From positions 25,864 through 89,863 of the forward strand of contig JACOXY010000012.1 in NCBI GenBank assembly GCA_016182095.1: DNA of 64,000 nt, given 5' to 3'. This document shows positions 37,613-47,612 of this stretch, one piece after another. How positions within the stretch are numbered: position 1 is the first letter of the stretch; every line of letters begins with the position of its first letter. Origin of the DNA: Candidatus Liptonbacteria bacterium (GTDB taxonomy: Bacteria; Patescibacteriota; Minisyncoccia; UBA6257; JACOXY01). The notes beneath the pieces are model-generated. The model did no database searches. It was not told the origin of the DNA and worked only from the letters and a program-made list of their open reading frames with translations. The position numbers were made by a program, and so were the translations under genes.

Positions 37613-38368
37613 TTATTTAGTGCTGTATCTGACTTTATGATAAGCCCGATGCAAAAAGTAAAATCCAAAAACCAAAAATAATATACTCATTGTTTGTGTG
37701 ACAAAAAAGAACTTTGAGCCGGCAATAACCGTGTACCAAGCTTGCGGCGGATACTTTAAAACATTTACAATAATGAAAACATTGCGCGCGAGCCCTAAAA
37801 CAGATTCTCCGATAATCCCCAAAGATCCAAAAAACAGAAGGGTCTTTTTAATGTCTTTTTGAAAGAACAAACGAAAAACTGTTAAGACAATCAAAATGCG
37901 CATGGGAATATAAAATACGATATTACCGCCAAGCGGGAGTATATAGGTCTGGATGATACCCTTATGCCATATAAACTGATACGCAAAAAATGCCGTCGCG
38001 GCCACAAACCAAATAGCAAGAACAGTTTTTTTGCTCTTGCTTATTTTAAATCCGGACATTCTAACAACGCCCAGATAAATAAACATTAGCGCAAGAAATG
38101 TTATCGGGAATGTAAGAGCAAAAAACAAATTAAAATCAGTAACGATAATAGCTCTGCCAAGACCGATTAAAATGGCCGGCACCTGAAACCAATAGAACAG
38201 AAAGAGCGACAGCGACCAATGTATATAAGCTCGGGCATGGCGCTCGTGTCTATGTCGCCACCACCAAACCAAAAAATAAATACTGCTAATAACCCCTAAA
38301 GCAAGCGCGAGAAACGGCAGTAGAATGAAAACAATTTCCATGTAATGAAAAAAGGCGTCGCCCATCAA
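37613..38368 (-). CDS. polytopic membrane protein (about 7 TM), hypothetical
   Basis: Multiple hydrophobic helices. Confidence 0.45.
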   Translation of the reverse strand: MMGDAFFHYMEIVFILLPFLALALGVISSIYFLVWWWRHRHERHARAYIHWSLSLFLFYWFQVPAILIGLGRAIIVTDFNLFFALTFPITFLALMFIYLGVVRMSGFKISKSKKTVLAIWFVAATAFFAYQFIWHKGIIQTYILPLGGNIVFYIPMRILIVLTVFRLFFQKDIKKTLLFFGSLGIIGESVLGLARNVFIIVNVLKYPPQAWYTVIAGSKFFFVTQTMSILFLVFGFYFLHRAYHKVRYSTK

Positions 38369-38388
38369 CCAAGCACCCCATATGTTAA

Positions 38389-40794
38389 TTATAACACTTT
38401 AACCGGGTCCCATCCCTTTTTCTTTAGCAAAAGAGAATTCAACACAACCGAAACGGAACTTGTCGCCATGGCGACGGACGCGTAAATTGGATTTAAAAGC
38501 AGACCAAAAAACGGATAGAGCGCCCCCATCGCTACCGGAATTAAAATCACATTATAGGCAAATGCCCAGAAAAGATTCTGCCTGATTGTCCTCATGGTTT
38601 TTTTAGAGAGAATTATGGCGGAAACTACCGACCGCAAGTCTTTATTTATAAGAGTAATGTCCGCCGCCTCTATTGCCACGTCAGTGCCAGTGCCCATAGC
38701 AATACCCACGTCAGCGGCAGCCAAGGCCGGCGCGTCATTTATGCCGTCGCCAACCATAGCCACGACCTTACCATCTAATTGAATTTTTCTCACCTCCGCC
38801 TCTTTTTGGTCAGGAAGGACTTCGGCGAGGACTCTTTGTATGCCGGCTTTTTTTGCGATTGCTTTGGCTGTGCGCTCATTGTCGCCAGTAATCATTACCG
38901 TTTCTACTCCAAGATTCGTGAGCGCTTGAACAGCCAAACCAGCGGTATCTTTAATTGTGTCCGCGACAGCAATAGCGCCGATCACTTCTTTGCTCAGCGC
39001 CAAAAGCATTGCCGTTTTCCCCTCGCCCTGTAGTTCGTGAATTTTGTCGCGCGCTTCATTAGTTACCGCCACTTCGTGAGACTCCATAAGCCGAAAATTT
39101 CCCAAAAGCACAAGGTGCTCGGTTACTTTCCCGCTCAAACCGAACCCTGGTTCAGCTTTAAATTCTTTAATTTCCGGCTTTTCCGCATTCAACTCTCCCG
39201 CTTCTTTCTGAATTGCCGCATCAATTGGATGCGAGGACTGCCTACCCAAGAGAGCCGCGAGCCCCACCATAAATCCCTTGACGCCATGTCCTGCGATAGC
39301 TTCAAATTTTGAAACATTAAGAAGCGGGACTTTGTCTTGGGATGCCTTCTCCACAATGGTTTTGGCAAGCGGATGCTCGGAGAGATTTTCAATTGAGGCG
39401 GCAATTTGCAAGATATCCGCCTGCACCTCCGGCTCTTTGCTCTCAATAAAAGAGATTACATCGGTAACTTCCGGCTCACCGCGGGTCAAGGTCCCGGTCT
39501 TATCAAAAATCACCACGTTCACTTTATGGGCTGTTTCCAAACTTTCGGCATCCTTGATTAAAATGCCGTGCTCCGCGCCTTTGCCGGTGCCAACCATTAT
39601 TGCCGTTGGAGTCGCAAGCCCCATGGCGCAAGGACAGGCAATTATAAGCACGGCGACAGTATTCAACATCGCGAAAAGAAATGCCGGCTCCGGACCAAAA
39701 TCATACCAAACGGCAAATGTGATAAAGCCAAGCATTATTACAACCGGCACAAAATATGAAGACACCAAATCCGCGAGCCGTTGAATCGGCGCCTTGCTCC
39801 CCTGCGCTTCCTGAACTAATTTTATAATTTGAGCGAGCATGGTGTCCGAGCCAACTTTCTCTGCCCTAAAAATAAAGGTTCCGGTTTTATTAATAGTCGC
39901 CCCGATTACCGTATCCCCGCTTGCCTTAAGAACCGGAATGCTTTCTCCGGTAACCATGGATTCGTCAACCGCGGAACTGCCGTCAATAATTACTCCGTCA
40001 ACGGGAATTTTCTCTCCGGGGCGGACGCGGACAATGTCGCCAATTTCTACCTCGCTTATGGAAATATCAATTTCTTTCCCGTCACGCACAACTCGCGCTG
40101 TTTTTGCCTGCAAGCCAATAAGCTTTTTAATTGCTTCCGAGGTTCCGGCTTTGGCTTTCGCCTCAAAATACCGCCCCAAAAGGATAAGACCTATGATAAT
40201 AGTCGCGACATCAAAATAAGGGGCCGCCTCCACTCCAATTCGCTCTATTATACCCGGAAACACTGTCACAAAAGCCGAGTAACCGAAAGCAACCGTGGTG
40301 CCAATAGCAACTAACGTATCCATATTGGCGGTCCTATGCTTTAGCGCGGAGATTGACGCCTTATAAAAACCGAGGCCAGCCCAAAATTGGACGGGCGCGG
40401 CCAAGATAAGTTCCGTCCAAAAGTTTTTAAGTAATTCCGGAGCAGAATTCATTAGCCCAGGGAAACTGCCCCACAAAATAAGACCGCCTAAAAATAAACT
40501 GGCCACAACCTTGACTCTAAGAGCTTTGAGCTCTCTGTGTTTTTCTTTTTGCTCCTCATCTTCGGTTTGAATTTCTTCGCTTATCAGGGCCGCATAACCG
40601 ACATTAGCGACCGCGGAAAGCAAGTGCTCGTCCTTAACTTGCTCCGGATCATAAGTTATCGTCGCCGTTTCATTGGCCAAATTCACGCCGGCGCCCTCTA
40701 TCCCCTGAACTTTTTTAAGCGCTTGCTCGATAGTCAAAACACACGAGGCGCAATGCATGCCTTTAATTCTGAATTGTTTAGTTGTGGTAGCCAT
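38389..40794 (-). CDS. copA: copper-translocating P1B-type ATPase
   Basis: HMA GMHCASC; CPC motif; DKTGTLT; GDGINDAP. Confidence 0.9.
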   Translation of the reverse strand: MATTTKQFRIKGMHCASCVLTIEQALKKVQGIEGAGVNLANETATITYDPEQVKDEHLLSAVANVGYAALISEEIQTEDEEQKEKHRELKALRVKVVASLFLGGLILWGSFPGLMNSAPELLKNFWTELILAAPVQFWAGLGFYKASISALKHRTANMDTLVAIGTTVAFGYSAFVTVFPGIIERIGVEAAPYFDVATIIIGLILLGRYFEAKAKAGTSEAIKKLIGLQAKTARVVRDGKEIDISISEVEIGDIVRVRPGEKIPVDGVIIDGSSAVDESMVTGESIPVLKASGDTVIGATINKTGTFIFRAEKVGSDTMLAQIIKLVQEAQGSKAPIQRLADLVSSYFVPVVIMLGFITFAVWYDFGPEPAFLFAMLNTVAVLIIACPCAMGLATPTAIMVGTGKGAEHGILIKDAESLETAHKVNVVIFDKTGTLTRGEPEVTDVISFIESKEPEVQADILQIAASIENLSEHPLAKTIVEKASQDKVPLLNVSKFEAIAGHGVKGFMVGLAALLGRQSSHPIDAAIQKEAGELNAEKPEIKEFKAEPGFGLSGKVTEHLVLLGNFRLMESHEVAVTNEARDKIHELQGEGKTAMLLALSKEVIGAIAVADTIKDTAGLAVQALTNLGVETVMITGDNERTAKAIAKKAGIQRVLAEVLPDQKEAEVRKIQLDGKVVAMVGDGINDAPALAAADVGIAMGTGTDVAIEAADITLINKDLRSVVSAIILSKKTMRTIRQNLFWAFAYNVILIPVAMGALYPFFGLLLNPIYASVAMATSSVSVVLNSLLLKKKGWDPVKVL

Positions 40795-40901
40795 TATAAA
40801 AAAATAAAAATTAAAAAAATTATGGCATTACTGCGCAGTAATTTATAAATTGTGAGCGAAGCGAACTCCTAAATTTTGATTTTTGCATTTTTATTTTTGA
40901 T

Positions 40902-41273
40902 TTACTTCACTACTATTTTCCCGTGAAACATATTCATGCCACAGGAAAATTTAAACTCGCCGGCTTTTTCGGGTTTTAACTCAATCGCAACTTTCTGGTT
41001 CAGGGGCAGATACTTCCTAACTCTAAAATCAGGAATTATTACCTCTTCCAGGCAGCTATTCTCGTCTCGCCGCGTAAAATTCAATGTGGTTGTTTTGCCT
41101 TTTTGAATTGAAACTGCCTGCGGAGAATATCCGCCGCTCACGACGATATCTATGCTTGAACCGCTGAAATCAGATTTAGCAACGGCCACCGCCGCCTCCT
41201 TCTTCATCAAAAAAAACCAGTAAGTTAAGGCCATCCCCAATAGAGCCGATGCGGTAACTATGATTTTGTCCAT
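40902..41273 (-). CDS. cupredoxin-like copper-binding protein
   Basis: N-terminal TM; C-terminal FSCGMNMFHGKIVV resembles a cupredoxin_1 ligand loop; adjacent to copA. Confidence 0.55.
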   Translation of the reverse strand: MDKIIVTASALLGMALTYWFFLMKKEAAVAVAKSDFSGSSIDIVVSGGYSPQAVSIQKGKTTTLNFTRRDENSCLEEVIIPDFRVRKYLPLNQKVAIELKPEKAGEFKFSCGMNMFHGKIVVK

Positions 41274-41363
41274 GTTTGTATTAACTATTTTTAATCAACG
41301 ACCCCACAAACAACGCTTGCGGTGAATCCGTAAAAAATAACCTTTAAAACACGGCGGAACATT

Positions 41364-41618
41364 CTATTTTATTATTGCCCGGTTGTGTAGCCAAGCAAAT
41401 ACGTAGGCGCTTATATAAGTGAGGATTATAACCTCAAAGAATCCGTAAATAGCTTCTGGGAAACTTATTCCGGCTTCCAGATTAACCAAATGTACCATCC
41501 AGCTAAAAAGTTGAAGCGCTAACCCGGGCACTAACGCCACCAAAAGAGCGCAGACCACATACCAAGCTCCCATAACTTCAGCGGCCGCTAAGGAAAATTT
41601 GCTTTTGTTTAATTCCAT
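41364..41618 (-). CDS. small membrane protein in the copper operon
   Basis: 84-aa ORF with two hydrophobic helices. Confidence 0.35.
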   Translation of the reverse strand: MELNKSKFSLAAAEVMGAWYVVCALLVALVPGLALQLFSWMVHLVNLEAGISFPEAIYGFFEVIILTYISAYVFAWLHNRAIIK

Positions 41619-41627
41619 AAATTTAAA

Positions 41628-41900
41628 CTATCTATTTGATAAGTTAAACACCTTAATGAGTTCCTTAATAGCCCTCTCATTTTCTTTCCTATTTTGCATC
41701 TGCTCTATAACATGAGTCCGCAGGTGATTTTCTAAAAGAAACGCGTCAAGGCTTTTAATCGACCTTTGGATTGATAGGGATTGCTCCAAAATGTCAGGGC
41801 AGTACGTCTCTTTCTCAATAGCTCTAATAAGGCCATCTAATTGACCGCGAATGATTTTTGCTCGATGAATCGCTCTTTTCTTAAGTTTTCGATCTACCAT
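41628..41900 (-). CDS. csoR: CsoR/RcnR-family metal-sensing transcriptional repressor
   Basis: IIRGQLDGLIRAIEKETYCPDILEQ...HLRTH, the W-X-Y-Z Cys/His pattern of DUF156. Confidence 0.7.
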   Translation of the reverse strand: MVDRKLKKRAIHRAKIIRGQLDGLIRAIEKETYCPDILEQSLSIQRSIKSLDAFLLENHLRTHVIEQMQNRKENERAIKELIKVFNLSNR

Positions 41901-41986
41901 ACCAATATCCTATACCCCTATATCCTATTTGTCAAATGTGTGGATAAATTTTCACTGCGGCATTTTGGCCGCATTTATAGCAAGGT

Positions 41987-42670
41987 TTATGCCTTCAAAC
42001 TTTCAACCTCTTTTTTGGCAAGCATCCTATATTTGCCAACGCCGATCCCCTTTAAGTTTATACTGCCGATTCTGACACGCCTAAGATTTTCAATGGTTAG
42101 GCGCAAGGCATCTGCCATCCGCCTTATTTGATGTTTCCTCCCCTCCTTTAATACCAGAGAAAATTTGTTTTTGCCTATTAGTTTCGCTTTAGCCGGTAAA
42201 GTGACGCCATCTTCTAATTTAATGCCCTCTTCCAGCTTTTTTGTATGCCACGGGCGAATATTTTCTCTGACTTGAACTTCGTATTCTTTTTCGATTTTGT
42301 GGTCATACCCAGTTACGGCGCGCGTAACGACGCCATCATTCGAAAGCAAAATTAATCCCTCGCTTTCCTTATCCAAACGTCCCACTGTATTTAGATTTTT
42401 AAATTCCGGTAAAAGTTCAAAAATTGTCTTGCTATCGTCATGATTTTTATCACAAACAATTCCGCGCGGCTTATTCACGGCAATGGTAATTTTTTTATTG
42501 ATTTCGTTTTTTAGAGCTTCGGCAATTTCAATCTTGTCCTTCTCCGGATCAATCTGGCGCCCTAAATCGCGCACAACCTCGCCATTCAGCTTAACAAGCC
42601 CAGCTTTCATATATTTTTCTGCCTCCCTCCGCGACAGAACTCCCTTTTGTGATAAGTATTTTTGAATCCG
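41987..42670 (-). CDS. rRNA pseudouridine synthase (RsuA/RluB family)
   Basis: S4 domain (RIQKYLSQKGVLSRREAE); catalytic GRLDKESEGLILL; start trimmed to MRIQKY. Confidence 0.75.
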   Translation of the reverse strand, partial: RIQKYLSQKGVLSRREAEKYMKAGLVKLNGEVVRDLGRQIDPEKDKIEIAEALKNEINKKITIAVNKPRGIVCDKNHDDSKTIFELLPEFKNLNTVGRLDKESEGLILLSNDGVVTRAVTGYDHKIEKEYEVQVRENIRPWHTKKLEEGIKLEDGVTLPAKAKLIGKNKFSLVLKEGRKHQIRRMADALRLTIENLRRVRIGSINLKGIGVGKYRMLAKKEVESLKA

Positions 42671-42693
42671 CATTGAGCTTATTATGCAGTTTA

Positions 42694-42727
42694 AACATTC
42701 TAACATTCTTGAGAATGTTAGAATGTT
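42694..42727. promoter_or_regulatory. 34-bp palindrome (15-bp perfect arms, 4-bp spacer) downstream of the ArsR-like gene
   Basis: aacattctaacattc-ttga-gaatgttagaatgtt. Confidence 0.6.
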
Positions 42728-42738
42728 TATTGATGAAA

Positions 42739-43005
42739 TCAAAAAGTTTTGGCGAACTTAACCATCATTTTGCCAAAAGGTGACAATGAATGCTCAACTT
42801 CCCTGCCATGATATTTCTTATAAAGAAGGCCAGCGCCAACCAAACGTCTCGTATGCTCTGATGCTGTTTTTATGTTGCAATCAAGTTCTTTAGAAATTGC
42901 CTCTAGGGTCATGCCTTCGTTGCTGGAAATTAAAAATAAAATATCAAGCCGCCTGTGATTTGCCATACCCTTGAAATATCTCTCTAACTGTTTTGATGTT
43001 TTCAT
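42739..43005 (-). CDS. ArsR/SmtB-family transcriptional regulator (paralog of 1671..1973)
   Basis: HRRLDILFLI...HTRRLVGAGLL; shares a C-terminal VEHxLSPxGK motif with the first paralog. Confidence 0.65.
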   Translation of the reverse strand: MKTSKQLERYFKGMANHRRLDILFLISSNEGMTLEAISKELDCNIKTASEHTRRLVGAGLLYKKYHGREVEHSLSPFGKMMVKFAKTF

Positions 43006-43024
43006 AACCTAAGAACTGTATCAT

Positions 43025-43058
43025 AGTTTTCCAAAACATTCTAACATTCTCAAGAATG
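43025..43058. promoter_or_regulatory. 34-bp palindrome upstream of the ArsR-like gene (putative operator)
   Basis: aacattctaacattc-tcaa-gaatgttagaatgtt; same arms as 42694-42727 with the spacer inverted. Confidence 0.6.
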
Positions 43059-43186
43059 TTAGAATGTTTTGGAATGGGTAATGAGTGGATAAGAAACCTT
43101 TTGCATTAAACTATGTCAGTAAATGGTTAATACAAGAATGTCGTAATGTTGTGGGCAAGATTTTAAGGTAAAAATCGCTCCGATGT

Positions 43187-44185
43187 CTATCCGTGTCTAA
43201 TGACTACGACATCTCCATCCTGAAATACATAATCTTTGCCTTCTAGGCGCAAAAGGCCTTTTTGTTTTGCCGCCTGCCATCCGCCGCTCGCGTGAAGCGC
43301 CTCATAGGACACCACCTCCGCGCGAATAAATTTATTTTCAAAATCGGTGTGGATTACTCCCGCGGCTTGCGGCGCGAGCGTGCCGCGTTTTATAGTCCAG
43401 GCGCGCGTTTCATCTTCGCCGGTCGTAAAGAAACTTATCAAATCTAGAATTTCATATGCCTTCTTTATAAGCGGGTTGAGATTAAAGTTGTGATCGCTTA
43501 AATCAGCGACTAAATATGAATAGCCCAATGCTTTTATCATATTTTTTAACTCGTCCGGCACATCATCCTCCTTGCCATTCAGTAAAAATAGAATTTCTTT
43601 AGCAGTTAATAGCTGAAGTTCTTTAATTTCCGGCTCATCCCTTAGATCGCGCAACATCTCACCTTTTTCAAGTTTCACCTTAGCTTTTTTCAAAATTTCT
43701 ACCGTTGCGATTGCATCCTTTTTACCGGTTTTTGCCTCTCCTTCAGCGCTTTTTAATCTTTTTTCTACCACTTCTAAGTCTTTGAGCATCAATTCTGTAT
43801 TTATGGTTTCAATGTCGCGCAAAGGGTTCACATTAGATTCAACATGAATAATCTCCCCTCCGCCAAAACATCGCACTACCTGCACTATTGCCTGCGTTTC
43901 GCGAATATGAGATAAGAATTGATTACCAAGACCTTCGCCCTTGTTCGCCCCCTTAACCAACCCGGCAATATCATAAAATTCCACAATAGCCGGAATTTTC
44001 TTTTTGGATTTTGAAAGTTCGACAAGTTTATCCACTCTCTCGTCCGGAACAGTCACTATGCCAACATTCGGATCAATAGTTGCAAACGGATAATTGGCGA
44101 TAGTGATATCAATTTTCGTAAGCGCCTTAAAAAGCGTGGATTTACCGACATTTGGGAGACCGACAATGCCAAGAGAGAGTTTCAT
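43187..44185 (-). CDS. ychF: ribosome-binding ATPase YchF
   Basis: GIVGLPNVGKSTLF; NYPFATIDPNVG; C-terminal TGS-like domain. Confidence 0.85.
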   Translation of the reverse strand: MKLSLGIVGLPNVGKSTLFKALTKIDITIANYPFATIDPNVGIVTVPDERVDKLVELSKSKKKIPAIVEFYDIAGLVKGANKGEGLGNQFLSHIRETQAIVQVVRCFGGGEIIHVESNVNPLRDIETINTELMLKDLEVVEKRLKSAEGEAKTGKKDAIATVEILKKAKVKLEKGEMLRDLRDEPEIKELQLLTAKEILFLLNGKEDDVPDELKNMIKALGYSYLVADLSDHNFNLNPLIKKAYEILDLISFFTTGEDETRAWTIKRGTLAPQAAGVIHTDFENKFIRAEVVSYEALHASGGWQAAKQKGLLRLEGKDYVFQDGDVVVIRHG

Positions 44186-44263
44186 AATGGATAAATAATA
44201 GCACAACTAAAAGAAAATTCGCCAGTGAAGGCGAATTTTCTTTTTATAGACTTTTCCAACTAA

Positions 44264-45067
44264 TCAGCTTGAGGTCGCCGTAGAAGTGCCAGTGCCGCCA
44301 TCTCCCCTAGCCGCCTTGAAGTCAGCTTTGGCTTTTTCAAAGGCCGCCTTGAAATCGGCTTGCGCTTTTTCAAAGGCCGCTTTCTTAGCTTCAATAAGCG
44401 GCTTTACTCCGTCTCTAATTTTATCTGCCGCTTTGCGATCAGCTTGGAACTTTTCCCGCGCGGCCTTAAGCGCCGCTTGCAAATTAGTCCTCACAGTAGC
44501 AGGCTTTACGCCGCCTGCGCAATCGGCCCTTGCCTTATCAAGCGCCGCTTTTACAGAGGCCTTAAAAGCACCAACAGCGCTCTTTACAGCGTCGCGTCGC
44601 GCCACTACCGCATTATCTATCCCATCTCTAAACGCATCGAGCGCCGTATTGATTGCCGCTCGGCGGGCTTCTATCGCCACCTTAAGGGCGGAGTGATAGG
44701 CATTTAGCGCCGCGCGCTCGGCTTCGCTTAAGGCTTTTTCCTGAAGCTTCACAAAGTGTTGAGCTAATCGCTCATCATGATTTTTTAGGCGTTCATCGTG
44801 ACGGGCATCGCGCTCATCACGCCTTGTGTCTAACTTAGTTTCTCGCTCATTTTTCCTTTCCGAAATAAGCGCATCTTGGCGAGAGAGATCTTCCTCTATT
44901 TTTTGGAGGCGCGCCTCCAGCGTCTCGCAAAAATTCGCGCCATCTCTTCCGCGATCAGAGGTGGTCGCATTTCTAGTTTGCGCGAAGGAAACAGCAGGTG
45001 TTACTAAACTCAACACGAGAATTGAGTTAATAACTGCCTCCGTTGATTTTTTAAAGATTTTTTTCAT
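44264..45067 (-). CDS. secreted Ala/Lys-rich coiled-coil repeat protein
   Basis: Signal peptide after MKKIFKK; repeated KAAFEKAQADFKAAFEKAKADFKAA-type heptads. Confidence 0.5.
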   Translation of the reverse strand: MKKIFKKSTEAVINSILVLSLVTPAVSFAQTRNATTSDRGRDGANFCETLEARLQKIEEDLSRQDALISERKNERETKLDTRRDERDARHDERLKNHDERLAQHFVKLQEKALSEAERAALNAYHSALKVAIEARRAAINTALDAFRDGIDNAVVARRDAVKSAVGAFKASVKAALDKARADCAGGVKPATVRTNLQAALKAAREKFQADRKAADKIRDGVKPLIEAKKAAFEKAQADFKAAFEKAKADFKAARGDGGTGTSTATSS

Positions 45068-45347
45068 CGTATGTTTTTCCCATGCCATCCAGAGCATCAC
45101 TGTCAGATTGAATAAGATCGGCATCACCATCTTCGCTTGCATACCCTTCCGCCTCAAGAACCGCGTTTTCCAAAACAACCGCGTCTAAATCATCAGCCGA
45201 ATCTACTAATAATTGAGAGGGCTGTCCGGGCGCCTGGCCCTCTTCGGGGGCGATAACCGGAGATTGCTTGAAGTAGAAAAACACCGCGAGAAGAAGCGCT
45301 ATAAGCGCGATTGATAACAAAATTTTCCAGCCAGAATTTGATTCCAT
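45051..45347 (-). CDS. small TM protein with an acidic tail
   Basis: 98-aa ORF with one TM helix and a D/E-rich C-terminus. Confidence 0.4.
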   Translation of the reverse strand: MESNSGWKILLSIALIALLLAVFFYFKQSPVIAPEEGQAPGQPSQLLVDSADDLDAVVLENAVLEAEGYASEDGDADLIQSDSDALDGMGKTYDEKNL

Positions 45348-45441
45348 GGGTTTGTAATTTTTTGCGACCTTTGGGTGTTTATTTATGATAGCATACTGTG
45401 TCAGGCAGTACAGTTATTAAAAAACGGCATATTGCCGCTTG

Positions 45442-45795
45442 TTAAAATTCTTTAACTAATTTAAACCTTGGGCCCTGGTAATCGCCTCTATTAACCCACT
45501 CGGTAAATTCCGATTCTCTTTGCCAAAATACCGCAAAGTCATCATAAAGCTTCCTATAAACAACTATTTTAGTGCCGTTATCTTTGTGCCTTGCGACACA
45601 AATAACTTCATATAATTTCCCCTTAAAATGCTCATAAATGCCGGGGCTAGCTTTTATTTCTTCAACCCAATAGGTTTGCTTATGGTCCCGCATTTCCAAT
45701 TTTGTCTGTAAAGCGGCAAGCGGTCCGGCGCTTTCCGCTGTTTTTACCAAAAACTGATTTCCGTTATCATCCTGCCGCATCAAGCGATATTTCAT
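45442..45795 (-). CDS. DUF1653-like domain protein
   Basis: YEHFKGKLYEVICVARHKDNGTKIVVYRKLYDD motif. Confidence 0.45.
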   Translation of the reverse strand: MKYRLMRQDDNGNQFLVKTAESAGPLAALQTKLEMRDHKQTYWVEEIKASPGIYEHFKGKLYEVICVARHKDNGTKIVVYRKLYDDFAVFWQRESEFTEWVNRGDYQGPRFKLVKEF

Positions 45796-45847
45796 TGTTG
45801 CCTCGTTTGGCCACGAACTGAACTAATGATAATATAATTGCAGTATT

Positions 45848-47023
45848 TTGAAAATAGGACGCGCATTGAGACAGGTAAAGATAGTTTTAACCGGAGGACC
45901 TGCGGGCGGAAAAAGCAAGGGGCTAAAACGCATAAAAGAGTGCCAGGAAATTTTAGAATTGGGGTGGGATGTGGTAACAACCCCAGAATCAGCGACCATC
46001 ATTATTCCATGCGGATTTTCTCCGCCAAAATTTCTAAAACTTCCTGATAGAAAAAAGTATTTGGAAATGCAAAAATTGATCTTTAACACTCATTTATTTT
46101 TAGAAGACTCAATAAAAGACACAGCCAAAGAAGTATTTGGAGAACTTGTTTTAATGACACACGACAGAGGAATTCCTGATATAAAATGCTACAACACGGA
46201 AGAAGAGTATCAAAATTTTTTGCATAGCCGTAAAATGTTTGAAATTGAAGCGCGAGACGGGAGATATGACGCGGTTTTTCATCTTGCGACTATCGCGGAT
46301 ACCGACCCGGAATTATACATGAAAATATATGGGGAGAATGAGGCGCGTTATGAGGACACCCCAGAAAAAGCAATCGCGGCTGATCTAAAAACACGAGCCG
46401 CCTGGCTCGGACACCCGCACTTCAGAGTAATCCCAAACAGAACCTTAGACGGAAAAATTTTGAGCTTTGAGGAAAAAATGCGATTGCTTACACTGTATGT
46501 GAAGCAAATCCTGGCAGAAAATCCTTTAGAAGTTGAGAAGAAGTTTTTTCTTCACAACCCCGTGGAACTTGCGACATTCCCCGTGCCTTTTGTAAAAATT
46601 GAAATTGAGCAGATTTATCTAAGTGGAGCGGCTCATAAAGACAGAATCAGGCGTCGCACGCAAAACGGACATTCCCTTTACTATAGAACGCGGAAAAAAT
46701 CTACAAAAACAGCAGGCGTCAAAACGGAGAAAGAACGTAAGATTGGCCATGAAGAATACGAGGGCTTAAAAGAACTGGCTGATAGACATCGCCGTCCGAT
46801 TTTGAAAGACAGGATTCACTTCTTGTGGAAAAACCAATCTTTTGAACTGGATATATATAGAAGCCCCGAGCAAATTGCCGGAATGGCAATCCTGGAAAAT
46901 GAACTGCTAAGTGAAGAGGGGTTGGCGTCGCAAAATGCGGTAGAAGTCCCCGAATGGCTTGGGAAATATGATGATGTTACCGGTAAAAAAGAATATTCAA
47001 ACAGAAGTTTGGCGAGAAAATGA
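45848..47023 (+). CDS. P-loop NTPase fused to a CYTH (triphosphate tunnel) domain
   Basis: Walker A GGPAGGKSKG at the N-terminus; C-terminal EKKFFLH...IEIEQIYL...RIRRR...YYRTRK...EKERKI matches the CYTH beta-strand signature. Confidence 0.5.
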   Translation: MKIGRALRQVKIVLTGGPAGGKSKGLKRIKECQEILELGWDVVTTPESATIIIPCGFSPPKFLKLPDRKKYLEMQKLIFNTHLFLEDSIKDTAKEVFGELVLMTHDRGIPDIKCYNTEEEYQNFLHSRKMFEIEARDGRYDAVFHLATIADTDPELYMKIYGENEARYEDTPEKAIAADLKTRAAWLGHPHFRVIPNRTLDGKILSFEEKMRLLTLYVKQILAENPLEVEKKFFLHNPVELATFPVPFVKIEIEQIYLSGAAHKDRIRRRTQNGHSLYYRTRKKSTKTAGVKTEKERKIGHEEYEGLKELADRHRRPILKDRIHFLWKNQSFELDIYRSPEQIAGMAILENELLSEEGLASQNAVEVPEWLGKYDDVTGKKEYSNRSLARK

Positions 47024-47087
47024 TTTGCTTTTTGAGTAATAATTTAGTACATTAGTTCCAGCGAGCCAGAGCTTAAGGGAGAAGAGA

Positions 47088-47462
47088 ATGGCCGTAATAG
47101 AGCGAAAAGTTACTTACATTGTGCAATACAGTTACCCCGCATGCCGTGATGACGGCGATCCCGACGGTTTTCACGATATATTCTGGCTCAAAAGTTCTAT
47201 AAAAGTAGATGCTCTTAACGATCAAGAGGCGCAACTGGCCTCTATGGGAAATGAATCTCATAGAGAGGAGGTTTGCTATCATGGAAGACGCGCAAATCCA
47301 TCGGCAATAATAAAAATAGTAGAGGAATTGACGAAGGATGGATGGGAGCGACGCACTGAATCAGAAGTTCCGCTTCCTCGTCTTGAGCAATGTCCTTGTG
47401 GCAAGAAATATTGGCCAATAAAAGGCGAGAGAAAATGCCATGAGTTGGTTCCTGTGTGCTAA
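47088..47462 (+). CDS. hypothetical Cys-rich protein
   Basis: 124-aa ORF; C-terminal CPCG...C..C pattern. Confidence 0.4.
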   Translation: MAVIERKVTYIVQYSYPACRDDGDPDGFHDIFWLKSSIKVDALNDQEAQLASMGNESHREEVCYHGRRANPSAIIKIVEELTKDGWERRTESEVPLPRLEQCPCGKKYWPIKGERKCHELVPVC

Positions 47463-47475
47463 ATCCGTTTAATAT

Positions 47476-47612
47476 AAACCCGCAATGCTTCCTACTCCAA
47501 ATAGGCCCCGCGTAGTCTGCCACGATTCGCGGGCTTTTTTATATCTAAATAAAACCTGTAATGTTTTTTACTCCAAACCGGCCCCGCGTAATCAACGCCG
47601 ATTCGCGGGGAT
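47476..47612. repeat. tandem duplication (two ~77-bp units) of the mpg 3' coding end plus its terminator
   Basis: Both units carry ..tactccaaa..ggccccgcgta.tc..c..cgattcgcggg + T run. They encode VDYAGPVWSKKHYRF and ADYAGPIWSRKHCGF respectively. Confidence 0.65.
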
